A DNA stretch of 63,095 bases, the filler included, from Sphacelaria rigidula (lineage: Eukaryota): NCBI GenBank assembly GCA_964200075.2. It is 10 parts of 10 records of this genome, joined end to end, with 100 filler letters (N's around TTAATTAATTAA, not from the genome) between each part and the next. Parts side by side here need not be neighbours in the genome. Positions count along the whole stretch, not along the records: positions 56,877 to 63,095 come from CAXNAA020021437.1; 9 more parts are not named here. One strand, given 5' to 3'. Numbering within the stretch: position 1 is the first letter of the stretch; each line of letters starts with the position of its first letter. Both the position numbers and the translations under genes were made by a program. This document shows, piece after piece, positions 61,859-63,095 of this stretch. The notes under the pieces were generated by a model, which worked only from the letters and a program-made list of their open reading frames with translations, searched no databases and was not told the origin of the DNA.

Positions 61859-62358
61859 CCACGGACTCGTCCCGAGGAAGGGTAGGGGTTTAAAGTACGA
61901 CAAAACAAAAGAAGTACTGTACTTGAAACAAAACCTGTGTGTGAACTAGGCTTCGCTAGGGGTGAAGCAGTAAAGTTACGGGTCCCGAAAAAAAACGTTG
62001 TCGTACCCTGCTGCCGAAGGATCTCCAGAGCGAGGCGTAATTCTCTCTCTTTTCATTTAGGCAAGGATCCGGCCGTAACCAATGGTAGGTAAGGAGAAGA
62101 AGTGAATGAGGTGGTACGGTAGTACCGGCCACGTTCCACCATGGTTATTGCGGTGGCCCCTTTTTTTCGGGCTCTTGTACCGGAGACCCTGTTTGCCTAG
62201 GTTGCCCAAGATCCAGTTTCACAGGTTTGAACGTTTCGGGTCCGCTCATGTGTGTCACTGGCGGACCCCGTTCCTGATACTGTTTCTCCGGCTTACATGT
62301 GTACTTGGATGTTCCTTACGCTCATACATATGTGGTCTCGACATCACGCCCCCCTTTT

Positions 62359-62407
62359 GACGCGCCCTAAGTCTCTCTATTCGACGCACCCTAAGTCTCT
62401 CTATTCG
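62359..62407 (+). repeat. 2 x 24-bp tandem duplication
   Basis: GACGC[GA]CCCTAAGTCTCTCTATTC twice. Confidence 0.85.
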
Positions 62408-63095
62408 GGGGGCTGAGGCCATCATTCATGAAGAGAATGATAGCAACGTGGATTTTTCATTGTATGTGTGCCATGATACCACTACACTGGCCTGTGTGAG
62501 AATGTGCCATATCCTCTATACTGTCGTGCTGAGTAAAGACAAGGCATATTATATGATGATATTTGCGTCTGGGGAAGACAAATATCGAGACAAAACGAGA
62601 ACGGTAGCTGTTTTTTGCATATCTGGAGTGGGATACCCCGAGATTACAAAATTTCACGGCTATCCTCGCCCACAATACCCCTATTTTGCTGGTAAGAGCT
62701 CAGACCTTCGGGTCGAGTCTCTCTCCACTGTTGATGTTTTTGTGGTCCCGGTGACCATGGTATCAATCGTACTTTGTCTTCTTGATTTTATACCGAACGT
62801 GTCTGGATGTACCTGGAAATTTCCCTGCAAGTGCACGTTTCCGAGCAATGTTTTTTATGGGAAACTTGGTTTCCGAAGGAACAGTTTCAATAAGCCGTTT
62901 TTTTTCCTCGTGTTATGAGACGGCAGGTCTGGTGGAGGCGTGTTAATCAGTTTTGCTTGGTTCTGTACGCGTCTATGACACGTTGACATTGGGGTACCTC
63001 GTCCGCACTACACTCTAGGTCAGCCGATGGACCGTAGGCTTTGAGTCTGGGGCGGTATTTGAGTCATCCTACGATAGGGGGGGGGGTATTTGGTT

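Overview
This window is not contiguous DNA. It is ten contigs of 6219-6220 bp, apparently size-sorted, joined by nine identical 100-nt linkers (N44-TTAATTAATTAA-N44), so nothing can be inferred across the linkers. Nine contigs look like repeat-rich, intron-rich eukaryotic DNA, most consistent with a brown alga (inference from gene families, short exons in long introns and CCCTAA-like repeats). They contain exons of a DnaJ-G/F-thioredoxin-like protein, an SLC5A7-like sodium:solute symporter and a POMP/adhesin-like protein. They also contain a decayed tyrosine-recombinase retrotransposon with split direct repeats, a 5'-truncated RTE LINE, a tRNA-derived SINE and several MITE/foldback families. 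One contig (31601-37819) is GC-rich, gene-dense actinobacterial DNA carrying DUF58, VWA, smc and an Fpg/MutM homologue. The best novelty candidates are (1) that Fpg homologue, whose visible reading frame is intact but which has lost most visible catalytic, intercalating and zinc-binding residues, (2) an apparent in-frame alternative 5' splice site adding 99 aa to the DnaJ-Trx protein, and (3) a 3' stem-loop shared by six retroposon ends with different microsatellite tails. No complete new multi-gene system can be demonstrated from the sequence alone. All family assignments are by motif recognition, not database search.
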